DNA from: a virus
Lineage: Duplodnaviria; Caudoviricetes
Direction: 5' to 3' (one strand)
Length of the DNA stretch: 64,000 nt
IMG/VR virus record: IMGVR_UViG_3300031414_000007
Coordinates: 128,001 to 192,000 of that record
The notes under the pieces were generated by a model. It was not told where the DNA came from. It saw only the letters and a list, made by a program, of their open reading frames with translations, and ran no database searches. This document shows, piece by piece, positions 1 to 10,327 of the stretch. The position numbers and the translations under genes were made by a program. The first letter of the stretch is position 1. The number at the start of each line of letters is the position of its first letter.

Positions 1-1959
1 CCAATGACGACCCACTTCAATCTGCGCTTCGACAACGGTAAACAAACCAAAGCGAGAACTGCCTTGACCTACCGTTACATCAATATGCGTGGTGTCGTTA
101 GCGTGGAGAACTTCAAAGCCCAGCTTTTGATTGTTGCGAATGAATACAGGCATTGCTGCTTGCACACCATCCACATAAATCTTAACTCGGTCATAGTCCT
201 CTACACCATCCACCAGCACAGATACAGGCACGGACACGTTGATGCCACTGATGGTAACATCTTCGGTGCGGTTCCATGTATCATTGTCGATGCCTGAGAT
301 GTTCTGCCACGCAAAAGCGTTAGGCGTATCGTCAGCTTTCATCTCGAACTGATAAACAGATCGACCGATAGAAATCGGGAATGACGTGCTGGTGATATAC
401 GCATGGCTCAGCGTGATAGTAACTTCCTGACCGTCGAACACTTTCGTTACAGGTACGGTCGTGGTAGTCGTAACCTCTTTGCCGTCAACAATATCAGTCG
501 TGATAACATCAATCGTTGCAGCAACGGTCACACCTGCAGGCGCAGTGATAGGAAGACCGATATCAGGGTCACCAGCGTCAACAACCACTTTGAACGTAAC
601 AGTCTGGCCTAAGTTGATAGCACTCATGTCAGGCATGTTCACCGTGTAATCACGGATAGCGATATGCTTCAAGCCAGTAGTAGGACGCGCTGCATAATAG
701 AACAGACGGTCATACGTATCTTCCTGACTGTACGGCGGCGTCAGGAGTTCGATATACGGCCAACCAGAGCGCGTCTGAGTAGGCGTATCAGCAGTAGTGA
801 AATCGAACAAAGCATTGCTGCCGTTCGTGTCCATACCAGCAACTAACTTACCACCGGCTGAGGTCCATGATGCAGTCGTGTTAAACACAACGAGGTCATT
901 CGCCACCATAGGACGAGCCGCTACGTTCTGTACGTTATCACGCAGGTTGAACTGATAGATGTTCGTACCATCATGGCCGAATACCAGCAATGAACTTGGG
1001 ACGAACTGATACCAGAAGACTGATGCAGGTGCAGCGGCAGTGTTACCGCCAATCAGTCTACCATCAAGCGTTGAAAGCACATCGTAACTGTCAGAGCCGT
1101 TAACGTAGAAGTAGTCTGACTTAACAGACGTTTCAGCAAACGAGGCATTCAGGTAATGCGCACGTCCTTCCTTGTCAAACGCAACATAGCTATCAACAGT
1201 GTTTGAACCAACACCCGCACGACGACACACAACACGGTTGACTTCATATCCGAGTTGCTTAGGTTCACCGAACTGCGTCATCGCTTCATCAAGCACGTCA
1301 ATCTGACCGGACTCGTGGAAGACAACGGCGCTACGCTTACCTGTAGAGTCGTAACTGATCTTATAGCCTGCAATATCAACGTCGTACATGCCGCCGAAGA
1401 TTTTCGTATTCGACACGTCACCGTCAGTGTGGATGTAATACAGAGTACGAGCCGCACGGTCGTGGACGATTGATACAGGCTTGGTTAAATCAAAGAACGT
1501 GGAATCAAAGTCCGAGAACTTGGCCACGCTGCCTTGCTGCATATCTTGTACGGTAGGGATTCGAACACCCCCACCAAGTACAAGCCCGCCGTAGGTAGGG
1601 TTGACAGCAGCGCCCAAAGGCATTGCATCCATACCTTTCGTCACAAGGCGATAGTCCAGCTCTTTCGTCTGTGGTCTGACGAAGATGCGAGACAGTGAAT
1701 GCACAAGCACCCACAAATCACCGTCCTTGTAATACAGCAGAACAGGTTGCGTTGCAGAGGCAGAGACCGTTACTGTAGCAGCGAGAGCAACAGCATAGTC
1801 AGAACCAGAACTCGGCGCGATATCCTTTTCGGTAGTCGAATCAGCAAACGTACCGCCAGACACACGGAACGTTAGTGTATCAGTATGACCTGAAACTGTT
1901 ACGTTACCAGACCAGGACTGAACACCGGTAGCTGATACAACAGGAATCATTTCAGCCAT
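1..1959 (-). CDS. Virion structural / tail-associated protein, partial (runs off left edge)
   Basis: Absent from the ORF track. ATG at 1959 with GAGGTG RBS upstream. Reads MAEMIPVVSATGVQSWSGNVTVSG... and appears open to the window edge (translated at both ends, not every codon checked). Thr/Val/Ser-rich beta-strand composition. Lies downstream of the fibre cluster. Confidence 0.65.
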   Translation of the reverse strand, partial: MAEMIPVVSATGVQSWSGNVTVSGHTDTLTFRVSGGTFADSTTEKDIAPSSGSDYAVALAATVTVSASATQPVLLYYKDGDLWVLVHSLSRIFVRPQTKELDYRLVTKGMDAMPLGAAVNPTYGGLVLGGGVRIPTVQDMQQGSVAKFSDFDSTFFDLTKPVSIVHDRAARTLYYIHTDGDVSNTKIFGGMYDVDIAGYKISYDSTGKRSAVVFHESGQIDVLDEAMTQFGEPKQLGYEVNRVVCRRAGVGSNTVDSYVAFDKEGRAHYLNASFAETSVKSDYFYVNGSDSYDVLSTLDGRLIGGNTAAAPASVFWYQFVPSSLLVFGHDGTNIYQFNLRDNVQNVAARPMVANDLVVFNTTASWTSAGGKLVAGMDTNGSNALFDFTTADTPTQTRSGWPYIELLTPPYSQEDTYDRLFYYAARPTTGLKHIAIRDYTVNMPDMSAINLGQTVTFKVVVDAGDPDIGLPITAPAGVTVAATIDVITTDIVDGKEVTTTTTVPVTKVFDGQEVTITLSHAYITSTSFPISIGRSVYQFEMKADDTPNAFAWQNISGIDNDTWNRTEDVTISGINVSVPVSVLVDGVEDYDRVKIYVDGVQAAMPVFIRNNQKLGFEVLHANDTTHIDVTVGQGSSRFGLFTVVEAQIEVGRHW

Positions 1960-1983
1960 TGTTCACCTCACGAAACAGAAACT

Positions 1984-2007
1984 AAAAAGGGCGCCCGAAG
2001 GCACCCT
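1984..2007 (-). terminator. Rho-independent terminator
   Basis: Minus strand GGGTGCC-TTCG-GGCGCCC-TTTTT (UUCG tetraloop, U tract). Confidence 0.85.
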
Positions 2008-2014
2008 GTGAGGA

Positions 2015-3196
2015 TTAGGCTCCGGCGCCTTCTGGGGCTTTATAGCCTTGCAGGAAGAAGATACGCATACCGGTGTTGTTCGGACTGTTAGCAGTCAGAG
2101 CTTTGTAGGTACGCTTCTTCGCAGTGCTGCCGTCGTCTTCGGTCTCGTTATAGACCTGAACGTCGATCAGAGTACCGTTGGAGATAACGTCAGCAGACGC
2201 ATAACCAACCATATCCATTTCGTACGGATAGCTATAGCGCTGAGTGTTGAAGCCAGCAGGCAGACGGAAGTCGAAGTGGTTATCTTCGGAGAACGGAACC
2301 ATCTGATACGGGTTCAGCACAGCAGAGCTATCCGCGCTGTGGACATGCGCAGGTGCCGGCAGAGTCGGTGCGTTCACATCAGACTCACGCACGGTATAGC
2401 GCATGATCTGGTACGAGCCAGGGCTGCCCGGGACAGGACGCACTTCGTCGTTGTTGTTCATGGAGCCACCGCCGTTCACAGAGAACATGCAGAACAGAGG
2501 AGCTTTACCATCGACAACCACAGTACCATCAGAGTTGATAGCACGTTGAATTACCAGCCACGCGCCGCGGCAGCCATCAGAGTCACGACCTTCAATCTGA
2601 ATGTGAATCGCAACGCCGTGATCAGACAGAGCGATGTGGTACGTGAACGGAGTAGCTTCCGGGTCAGCGAACACAAGGCTATCAGAGCTGGTCTGGCCAG
2701 TAGGCTGAGTAGTAGCAGGCGGATATGCCATGGTGCCTGCGTAGAACGTGGTGTTACCCTGGTTGGCGATACCGCGATGCCAGAAGTACACTTCGTTGTC
2801 ACCAGAACTGGCGTTGAACTGGCTGCTGGTAGAACGCCCACCAATCTGGCCAGCGTATTCGTTGATGGTAGTACCACCAACGTTCACGGCACCAGTCTTA
2901 GAGATGGTGCCCGTGTCAGAGATCTGCTCAGGCGCAGCACAGAAAAGCTGAGTACGCTTCTCTGAGCCTTTCATCGCCAGACGCCAGCGCTGTTGGCCTG
3001 CACCAGTACCAGCGATCGGGTCGATGGTGTTAGTCGCTTCAACAACAAACGACTGGAGGTCAGTCGAAGGGATAGTTGAAGAAATAGTGCCGTTGACACT
3101 CACCAGCTTGAAGCCGTTATCAACCAAATCCTGCAGGATTGATTTCCACATTTTCAGGTTGCTGGTGAAGCCAGATTTCACGATCAGTTTGTTCAT
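2015..3196 (-). CDS. Putative virion fibre/structural protein (paralog of 3215-4201)
   Basis: 393 aa. Shares blocks with the neighbour (DHGVAIHI/DHGIALHI, PLFCMFS/PLFAIFS, DMVGYASADV/DMLGYTSADV). In the tail cluster. Confidence 0.65.
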   Translation of the reverse strand: MNKLIVKSGFTSNLKMWKSILQDLVDNGFKLVSVNGTISSTIPSTDLQSFVVEATNTIDPIAGTGAGQQRWRLAMKGSEKRTQLFCAAPEQISDTGTISKTGAVNVGGTTINEYAGQIGGRSTSSQFNASSGDNEVYFWHRGIANQGNTTFYAGTMAYPPATTQPTGQTSSDSLVFADPEATPFTYHIALSDHGVAIHIQIEGRDSDGCRGAWLVIQRAINSDGTVVVDGKAPLFCMFSVNGGGSMNNNDEVRPVPGSPGSYQIMRYTVRESDVNAPTLPAPAHVHSADSSAVLNPYQMVPFSEDNHFDFRLPAGFNTQRYSYPYEMDMVGYASADVISNGTLIDVQVYNETEDDGSTAKKRTYKALTANSPNNTGMRIFFLQGYKAPEGAGA

Positions 3197-3214
3197 GAGT
3201 TGTTATCCCCTTAA

Positions 3215-4201
3215 TTAAGCCGCGTCGCCCAGGCCGATAGGAAGCATCAGACGCATACCACGGTTGTCTTTACCGTTAGCGTTCATGCCCAGGTATTTGG
3301 TTTTGTTCGTTGCTTTCAGAGGGTTCAACTGCACTTCGGAACCAGCGGAGAGAACGTCAGCAGACGTATAACCCAGCATGTCCAGTGTAGCGAAGTACAC
3401 ATAGCGCTGAGTGTTGATCATCTGCGGGAACAGAACGATAGCACGGTTGCCTTCTGCGATCATAACCTGCTGGAGCGGGTTGATGATAGGAGCAGAGTCA
3501 GGCGTAGGCTGAACAGCAGACAGTGGAACCGTAGCAGAGTAAATACCCTCTTCGATTACAGTGTAACGCTGAATAGCTTCTGGCTTGATGGTATCAGGGT
3601 CACCACCAAGTCCGCCGCCGCAGGAGAAGATGGCGAACAGCGGGCTGTGATCGCCAGGCGTAGTGTCGCTAGCCTGTACGCCACGCTGAACAACAAACCA
3701 GCTAAATGCAGTACCGGTGTTGTCGAAGCCTTCTGCGTTGATATGCAGAGCAATACCGTGGTCGGTAGTGATGAAGTCATACGTCAGCGGGTATGCAGAC
3801 AGGTCAGCGGTCGTGTCCATCTTCCAGTCGTTGACCAGATCGATGAAGAAGTTCGTAGCCAGACCAGACTTGGACATACGGCCAACTTCTACAGTTGCAG
3901 AACGTTTAGCGGCAGTGAAGTCAGTCTGATTTACCTGATTGTCAGGCAAGACGTTGATCGACAGGGTTTTACCTGTGTTGTCAGCAGCGAGGATAATGCC
4001 CCACTTCTGAGTGTCATACAGGGGGTCAACCGCATCGGATGCTTCCAGATAGAAAGACTTAGCGGTCGGTGTTACGGTGCTTCCGGTCTTGCCGTCAACA
4101 GCAATCAGCGTGAAGCCGGCCGTAATCATTTTGCTAACCAGATCGCGAGTCAGAGCTTCCAGACCCACGAGCTTAGTAGCAGTTACACGTTGAATAGCCA
4201 T
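3215..4201 (-). CDS. Putative virion fibre/structural protein (paralog of 2015-3196)
   Basis: 328 aa. GGAG RBS. End-to-end similarity to 2015-3196. Confidence 0.65.
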   Translation of the reverse strand: MAIQRVTATKLVGLEALTRDLVSKMITAGFTLIAVDGKTGSTVTPTAKSFYLEASDAVDPLYDTQKWGIILAADNTGKTLSINVLPDNQVNQTDFTAAKRSATVEVGRMSKSGLATNFFIDLVNDWKMDTTADLSAYPLTYDFITTDHGIALHINAEGFDNTGTAFSWFVVQRGVQASDTTPGDHSPLFAIFSCGGGLGGDPDTIKPEAIQRYTVIEEGIYSATVPLSAVQPTPDSAPIINPLQQVMIAEGNRAIVLFPQMINTQRYVYFATLDMLGYTSADVLSAGSEVQLNPLKATNKTKYLGMNANGKDNRGMRLMLPIGLGDAA

Positions 4202-4208
4202 ACGGTTA

Positions 4209-4994
4209 TCACTCCATTACCAGATAGGTTACAGTGAGTTTCGGTTTCGACGGTGATGTGCCGATGTTCTTCATGCGCCACGAAATCGTAGGCGTATTGT
4301 CTTTGTTAGACAGGAAGGAGTATCGACGCAGCTTACGAATGATTGGATTGCCTTCGCTATCTTCATCCGCAAACACACCATCATCTTCGAGAAAATTAGC
4401 AGAGGAACGGAATATATACGGGTTTCTGTCGTCTCTCAGTGAACTTTGATATGCGGTAAGTTCCACATCAAAGGCATTGAGTTTAACAGAAAGGAGCATA
4501 ACCGTTTTATTCATTGCCAGATCGAAATCAAGCTGTTGGCCAGGAGTGATATAGTTGGCGGCTTCGTACTCTACAGTCTTACGCACACCAGCCTGTTCAT
4601 TACCACTCATATCAACCCAGAACATCGTACCGTTAGCACCAGACATGAGGGTCATACCCGCATACTGAGGTTCAGGCACTTGCTTACTAGGGTCGAGGCC
4701 TACAATTGTCAGACCTGTTTCATCCACAGCAGTCACGAACGGCGACTCGAACTTATATTCAGAGCCACCGAATTTCGCTTCTTCCCACGTTACGTTATCT
4801 GCACCAAGCTGATACATCGTCTTGGTCTCAGTGACGTAGCACAACATCCCAGGCTTTTTATTGCCGACAGACATTGTATCACGATCATTGAGCGTAGGCA
4901 GACAGCGCATACCCCCTCGAAGATATTTATCCTCAAGGAGGTATGGGAGTGCTGCGGATGCTGGCAACAGGAACGAAGTCATGTTAACCGGCAT
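4209..4994 (-). CDS. Putative tail fibre-associated structural protein
   Basis: 261 aa in the fibre operon. N-terminal LEDKYLRGG...GMLCYV...YQL module is of a type seen in large-phage fibre proteins (recall). Confidence 0.5.
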   Translation of the reverse strand: MPVNMTSFLLPASAALPYLLEDKYLRGGMRCLPTLNDRDTMSVGNKKPGMLCYVTETKTMYQLGADNVTWEEAKFGGSEYKFESPFVTAVDETGLTIVGLDPSKQVPEPQYAGMTLMSGANGTMFWVDMSGNEQAGVRKTVEYEAANYITPGQQLDFDLAMNKTVMLLSVKLNAFDVELTAYQSSLRDDRNPYIFRSSANFLEDDGVFADEDSEGNPIIRKLRRYSFLSNKDNTPTISWRMKNIGTSPSKPKLTVTYLVME

Positions 4995-5004
4995 CCTATT
5001 CTCC

Positions 5005-8000
5005 TTACGCGATACCAGAACCTGGGTTCGATGAACCGTAGGTCAGTTTAAACGTATACGCCAGATTATCGAACGGGAAGTCGTTACGATAGATAACGTA
5101 ATCAACACCGTTGATAGTCACCTCGGCAGGACCAGCAAAGTTGAAGTCATCAAACTCCAACGCACCATCCCATGAACCAGCAAAGCCCTGTACTGACTCA
5201 ACGAAGTAACCGTAGCCGAGAGACTTCGGCCACGCAACGTAGAAGAACACGTTGTTCGTTGAGGTACTGGTGTTTGCAGGACAGTTCAGGAGCTGTTGTC
5301 CAGTCGTAGTCAGCGCGGTTTGCAGGCCCTGTACGAACGCAGCATCATAGCCAGCTACAGATTTGATCTTAGAGTGAGAGCCGAAGCGAGCACCCAAGTC
5401 GGAAGACTGTTGCGGTTTGAGCGTAACGTCTTTGGTTGCAGTAACTGTCTTACCGTTCTTAACGTAAGTAACGGTGATAGTCACCACAGCATCAGCAGTC
5501 ACAGCGTTAGACTTCAACGAACCGCCAGTAACGCTCAGGCCAGTTGCGGTGCCGGACTTCACAGCCACCGCCCACGTTGTGCCACTATCAGCAGTCACGT
5601 CAGGCGTAGTGCCGTCAGACAGCGTAGCAGTCGCAGTGTACGCGGTAGTCACACCACCGATGATTGACGAAGGACCAGTGATGGTCACAGAGTCAGGAGT
5701 CGCAGGCGCTGGCGTGTTCGTTACAGTCAGGTTCGCAGTTTGCGATTGGCTGTTGTACGAAGCAGTACCAGTGATGATTGCGCTCTGCACGGTGCTTACC
5801 GTGTTACCGATGATGGTGTTATTGCCTGGGTACGTGAACGCTGTAGTAGAACCAGAGCTACGTGTGATAACAGGCGTCAGGTCGACAGTGGTACTATCAG
5901 AGAACGTCAGGCGGAGAATGTAGGTACCAGTCTCACCTTTGTTCACAGCGGCAGGACCAATCAGCTCGCGCTTAGTGATCGTTGCAGCCTGATTGATAAG
6001 CGTAATCACTTTTTCAGGAGCGTAGGTCTTACCATCAACGGTAACGGCAGCAGCACGGAGCGTAGCAGTCTGGTTCTGGCTAATCGAGTTAGCAGGTACG
6101 GTCAGCTTCACGCGAGTTGAAGTAGAACCGACAGACATAGTTGCATACGCAGCGCCCTGAGGCAGTGACCACGTTGGCAGTGAGGCGTACTCGTTTGTTG
6201 CACCCGACAGGCGAGTAACACGCACGAAGTAATCACCAGATACAGTGCCCTCAGTGATAGAGTCATCACCGATGATTTCCACTTTCGACACGTCATCGGT
6301 TGGTCCAACAACGGTGAACTGCACGTTACCGGTCTTCGATACAGTACCAACAGTCGCAGCTACGTTGAGCTGGAAAGTCAGAGTGCCGTAGAAGCCGCTC
6401 AGTGCTTTCTTGGTGCGAATGCGCCAGCCAGTTGTTCCACCAGCAACGATCTCAAAGTATTCTTGAGCCGCGGTGGACAGCGTGTAAGACAGTTCGCCGC
6501 TAGTACCCTCACGAGTAGTAGAGTCAGAGAACGTCAGAACGCTATGCAGGTCGCGAGTCACACCGACAGCAGTACCGAAGTCATACACAGGCGATGGCGC
6601 TTGCGGCTGAACAGACAGCAGGCTGATAACGATGATGTTCTTAACCAGCACGGACTTCTGGGCGTTACGTCCGTCGTAGGTTGCACGAATCAGAACAGTT
6701 GTGTCCTGAGTCACTTCACCAGCAGACAGCACACCAGTTTGTGCGATGCTTGCGACTGCACTACCCTGAATCACAGACCACGTCGGTGAAGCTACCTGAC
6801 GGTCAGTACCATCAGAGAGAATTTCCCACGCGGTGTATTGCGCAGTAGTGTTCTCGTTCATCGAATCGTTACCGCGAATCTCCAGAGAGGTCACAGTCGG
6901 TGGGTTACCAACGATGGACACAGGCAGGGTGGCAGTCTTCGTGATGCCGTTCTCAGTGTACGAAGCGTACAACGTTACGCTGGTGTTAGCGATAGGAACA
7001 GCGCCAACAATCAGTTCAGACTTATCAAACGTTGCGTAGTTCGAAGCCTGCTGCAAACGGAACTCGTTAGGGCTGATCGTTGCGGTGTGTCCGTCAGAGT
7101 AAGTAGCCAGCACTGTATACGGAGTGGTTGTCTTCTCTTGAACAGACGACGGGCCGACGATCTTAATGCTCGACAGGTCAACGACAGGTACAACATTCAC
7201 GATTGTAATATCGAGCGTTGCGGTCTTCGTGATACCGTTCTCCGTGTACGTTGCAGACAGCTTCACAGGAATGTCAGAAGACACTTTGCCTGCGTTGACG
7301 GTCTTGTTCACGATAGTAACAATATCCAGTCGGTCAGCCGTAAACGTAGTCGGGTCAACCAGCTTGGTGTGGCCGTCAGAGTACGTAGCGAGGAACGTAT
7401 AGTTCGCGCTCTCTTCACTGCGGATAGTGTTCGCACCCTGAATAGCAAGAGAGGTCAGCGTTACCGCAGCAGTCTCTTTCAGGATAGTAACGTTCTTGTT
7501 ACCAGTGACGGTCTGATCTGCCGTGATGTACGTCGCAGTCAGGACGATGCTGCGGTCCTGCGTTGTCTCTTTCTTCGCAGTCACCACGTTGCCACTGATG
7601 GTGGTGTAAGTGGTAGGTGCAGCAACGAAAGAGTTCGGCGTAATCATTTCAGTGTCGCCATTCGACCACGTAATCTTAAACGTGTAGGCTTCACTTTGCT
7701 GAGAAGCAATGGTGGAAGAACCCAGCACTTCGAGCAGCGTGATCAACTGAGCCTTAACGGTGACGTTCTTCGTCGCGCTAAAGGTCAGGCCGTTATACTG
7801 ATAAGTAGCAGTCAGTTTGACAACTGTATCAGTAGAGACTTTCTTCGCAGTACCCTGCAGGCCGACGAGAGACAGAGCGTTCGCGTTATCCACCGTGAAG
7901 TTCGACGGCATGATAGTTGCGACGTTACCGGACTTGTAGCGAGCAGTCACGGTATAGGTCTCTTTCTGCTTATAGAACAGCGTGTCCGCACCAACAATAG

Positions 8001-9015
8001 AGATAGATACCAGCTCGTCGTCAGGGATGAATGCGTTCTTGATCAGCAGGTCGTAGGTAGCAGTTACCCAGTTGCCATACACAGGGTCGCGCTTACGTGC
8101 AGTGACTTTCAGCACAACGTCAGCAGCTAGGTCAGGCGCAGACACAGTACCGCCTTGGTCGATAGTCACACCGATAACGTTCTCTTCAATGGACCACTCA
8201 ACGCCAGTAGGGTTGTGTTCGATGCTGTTAGACCATTCTGCGTCGATGTTCAGCTTGACGCTACTGTTATCCGACATGTAGCTCGCGTTGCCCGGCAGGC
8301 TGATACGCAAGTTAATCAAGTGAGGTGATTCCCACTCGACGTTATCGGCGTTGGGCTTGACCCACTTACCGATATACTTGTTCGGGTTAACAGGGTCCTG
8401 ATCGACAATCGCCAGAACATACCCAGGCTGCGGTTCGTTAGAGCTTGCGACTTCAACGAATGCTGTGGAGTTCAGGCGAATCATGGTACGCGCATAATCA
8501 GGATGATCGTGATTAGTTGGATAACGCGCATCAGCCATACGTGGGTCAGAGCTTGACACAGCGATAGGCATATCAGGGTCAGTCGGGTCAGTCTTAGTGA
8601 CAACACTACCCAGACGGCTGGTGGTCGCATGTGCGATTTCCAGATCACCTACTTCGATACCCAGATCAGCAGCATTCTCCACAACGAAACGGAAGAACTG
8701 TTTCTGAGCAAACAACTGCGCGTAGTCAGTCACGGTTACCCATGAGCCACGGTGATTGCCGTCAGATACAGCAGAGGTACGACGCAGCACATACTGGTAC
8801 TGAGGGCTACCAGTGTTCGCGTCAATCCAAATCAGGTTGTACGGCTTCTCAGAAAACGATGGCTCAGTCAGAGACACAACAACCTGATGCACTTCCGTTT
8901 GATCGTTCGCGTTAGGACGGAACAAGAAAGTGATTGGGTTACGTGGCGTCAGACCGCGAGTACGAGCCAGAGCGATATACTGTTTAGCAAAGCCGTCGAT
9001 CGTGGTTACGCTCAT
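5005..9015 (-). CDS. Long tail fibre / Ig-like repeat protein
   Basis: 1336 aa. About 9-10 repeats of ~90 aa of the form (L/I)xIxGxxx(V/I)xExxxxxYTxxATYSDG...TATYxxNGxTxTATxxVT(I/V), i.e. bacterial Ig-like domains, flanked by distinct N- and C-terminal domains. Confidence 0.8.
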   Translation of the reverse strand: MSVTTIDGFAKQYIALARTRGLTPRNPITFLFRPNANDQTEVHQVVVSLTEPSFSEKPYNLIWIDANTGSPQYQYVLRRTSAVSDGNHRGSWVTVTDYAQLFAQKQFFRFVVENAADLGIEVGDLEIAHATTSRLGSVVTKTDPTDPDMPIAVSSSDPRMADARYPTNHDHPDYARTMIRLNSTAFVEVASSNEPQPGYVLAIVDQDPVNPNKYIGKWVKPNADNVEWESPHLINLRISLPGNASYMSDNSSVKLNIDAEWSNSIEHNPTGVEWSIEENVIGVTIDQGGTVSAPDLAADVVLKVTARKRDPVYGNWVTATYDLLIKNAFIPDDELVSISIVGADTLFYKQKETYTVTARYKSGNVATIMPSNFTVDNANALSLVGLQGTAKKVSTDTVVKLTATYQYNGLTFSATKNVTVKAQLITLLEVLGSSTIASQQSEAYTFKITWSNGDTEMITPNSFVAAPTTYTTISGNVVTAKKETTQDRSIVLTATYITADQTVTGNKNVTILKETAAVTLTSLAIQGANTIRSEESANYTFLATYSDGHTKLVDPTTFTADRLDIVTIVNKTVNAGKVSSDIPVKLSATYTENGITKTATLDITIVNVVPVVDLSSIKIVGPSSVQEKTTTPYTVLATYSDGHTATISPNEFRLQQASNYATFDKSELIVGAVPIANTSVTLYASYTENGITKTATLPVSIVGNPPTVTSLEIRGNDSMNENTTAQYTAWEILSDGTDRQVASPTWSVIQGSAVASIAQTGVLSAGEVTQDTTVLIRATYDGRNAQKSVLVKNIIVISLLSVQPQAPSPVYDFGTAVGVTRDLHSVLTFSDSTTREGTSGELSYTLSTAAQEYFEIVAGGTTGWRIRTKKALSGFYGTLTFQLNVAATVGTVSKTGNVQFTVVGPTDDVSKVEIIGDDSITEGTVSGDYFVRVTRLSGATNEYASLPTWSLPQGAAYATMSVGSTSTRVKLTVPANSISQNQTATLRAAAVTVDGKTYAPEKVITLINQAATITKRELIGPAAVNKGETGTYILRLTFSDSTTVDLTPVITRSSGSTTAFTYPGNNTIIGNTVSTVQSAIITGTASYNSQSQTANLTVTNTPAPATPDSVTITGPSSIIGGVTTAYTATATLSDGTTPDVTADSGTTWAVAVKSGTATGLSVTGGSLKSNAVTADAVVTITVTYVKNGKTVTATKDVTLKPQQSSDLGARFGSHSKIKSVAGYDAAFVQGLQTALTTTGQQLLNCPANTSTSTNNVFFYVAWPKSLGYGYFVESVQGFAGSWDGALEFDDFNFAGPAEVTINGVDYVIYRNDFPFDNLAYTFKLTYGSSNPGSGIA

Positions 9016-9644
9016 TCATTATTCTCCAGAATGTCGGTCGCAATCAGATGGCCGTATGATGCTTTCACGGACGTATCAGCGATGAAGGTAGAACCATTGT
9101 CGCCTACGTCTGCGTCCATGTTCACTTTGTCCTGCACGGTCTTCACTTCGACCAGAGGCTTCTCGGCGTGCATTTCATCGTGAGGCAGTGGTGTGCGCTT
9201 ATCGGTGTTACGTGGGTCAGAGACAGACACGAACGTAGGACGACCGACAGTAGCAGGCTCAGTGGTCAGGCGAGCAATACCGTATTCGTCAACAGACGCG
9301 TTAGGAATATCGCTACCACCACTAATGTCAGCAGGATCATAATACTGCGGAGCCCACAGAGAGTTGAAGTTCTTCACTTCTTCCCACGTATTTTTGTAGC
9401 CACCAGCAGGCTCTTTGGATTTACGTGCAAGGAACTTGCGATAGAACGCGCTGTTCACATCCATGCAAAGCCACACAACGTTCATCGGCAACACAACACC
9501 AACAGGCTCGGCTGAGGCGGTGATGAACGTACAACTGATGTTGAGTGTCGGGTTAATCTGACGAACGATTTGGTCTTTCGACGTATCATCCATAAAGCCC
9601 GTAACAGCCAACAGAGCAGCAGCGATTTCATTCAGTGTAGTCAT
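9012..9644 (-). CDS. Structural protein homologous to the N-terminal domain of 5005-9015
   Basis: Start moved to ATG 9644 (GGAG RBS, MTTLNE...). Shares P(M/Y/I)NxxW, W..V, and SDPR..D.R.P..H blocks with the fibre N-terminus. Confidence 0.6.
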   Translation of the reverse strand: MTTLNEIAAALLAVTGFMDDTSKDQIVRQINPTLNISCTFITASAEPVGVVLPMNVVWLCMDVNSAFYRKFLARKSKEPAGGYKNTWEEVKNFNSLWAPQYYDPADISGGSDIPNASVDEYGIARLTTEPATVGRPTFVSVSDPRNTDKRTPLPHDEMHAEKPLVEVKTVQDKVNMDADVGDNGSTFIADTSVKASYGHLIATDILENNE

Positions 9645-9654
9645 AACCGCTCCG

Positions 9655-10293
9655 TTAGTCAGTAGGTTGGCCGAGTTCAGATTCACGCACCTTACGCCAT
9701 TGAAGCGTATTGTCTTCAAGCACCATAACCTGATTCACAGCAGGAACCAGCTGGTCTTTGATAGGCACATGTTCTTCACCGTAGCTACCGTTGATAGAGA
9801 TCATAGTAGCAGGCTTCTCAGGGTGCGTGTGGTCTTTCGGGTCACGATTGTTAGACAACGTTTCATCACCCTCAAGCACAACGCGCGACTCAGCCTCTGG
9901 GTACGACAGATAGCCGATACCACGAGTAATCGAAGTAGCAAGCGGAGGCAGAGTCTGGTTGATGATTTTCAGATCGTTTGGGTCATACGTCTGGTCTCCC
10001 ATGGCATCGTCATAGAAGTACAGCGCAGTCCAAACATCTTTGTACGGGTCAGCCAGGTCTTTCGTTGTGCGCTTAAACGCAGTGCGGAAAGTAGGCGACT
10101 CAGGGTCGTAGTCAATCCAGATCGCATTGATCGGAAGGACTACATAACGTGGAACTGCATACGAGCAGTAGAACAACAGACCTAACTGCGAACCATCTTT
10201 AGGCAGACGGAACATGATTGGGTTTTTGTTCTGCTGGTGGATATTCGTAAGCAACTCAACGTTACTGATGAACTGTTCAAGTTTCAGTTCCAT
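9655..10293 (-). CDS. Structural protein homologous to the N-terminal domain of 5005-9015
   Basis: 212 aa. NPIMFRL / LPINAIWID / HTHPEKPATMI match NPITFLF / PYNLIWID / HDHPDYARTMI. GGAG RBS. Confidence 0.6.
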   Translation of the reverse strand: MELKLEQFISNVELLTNIHQQNKNPIMFRLPKDGSQLGLLFYCSYAVPRYVVLPINAIWIDYDPESPTFRTAFKRTTKDLADPYKDVWTALYFYDDAMGDQTYDPNDLKIINQTLPPLATSITRGIGYLSYPEAESRVVLEGDETLSNNRDPKDHTHPEKPATMISINGSYGEEHVPIKDQLVPAVNQVMVLEDNTLQWRKVRESELGQPTD

Positions 10294-10327
10294 TGTGTTC
10301 TCCGTTTACCAGAAGCGGTGGTTAAAA

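Noticed and set aside
6838-8130. 430-aa plus-strand ORF (and many similar 100-330 aa plus-strand ORFs across the window)
   Set aside because: They lie opposite well-supported minus-strand genes whose codon bias suppresses stops on the antisense strand. No motifs.
5005-9015. Ig-repeat fibre considered as a diversity-generating retroelement target
   Set aside because: The duplicated C-terminal domain (10328-11023) is diverged throughout rather than only at adenines, and no reverse transcriptase is visible in the window.
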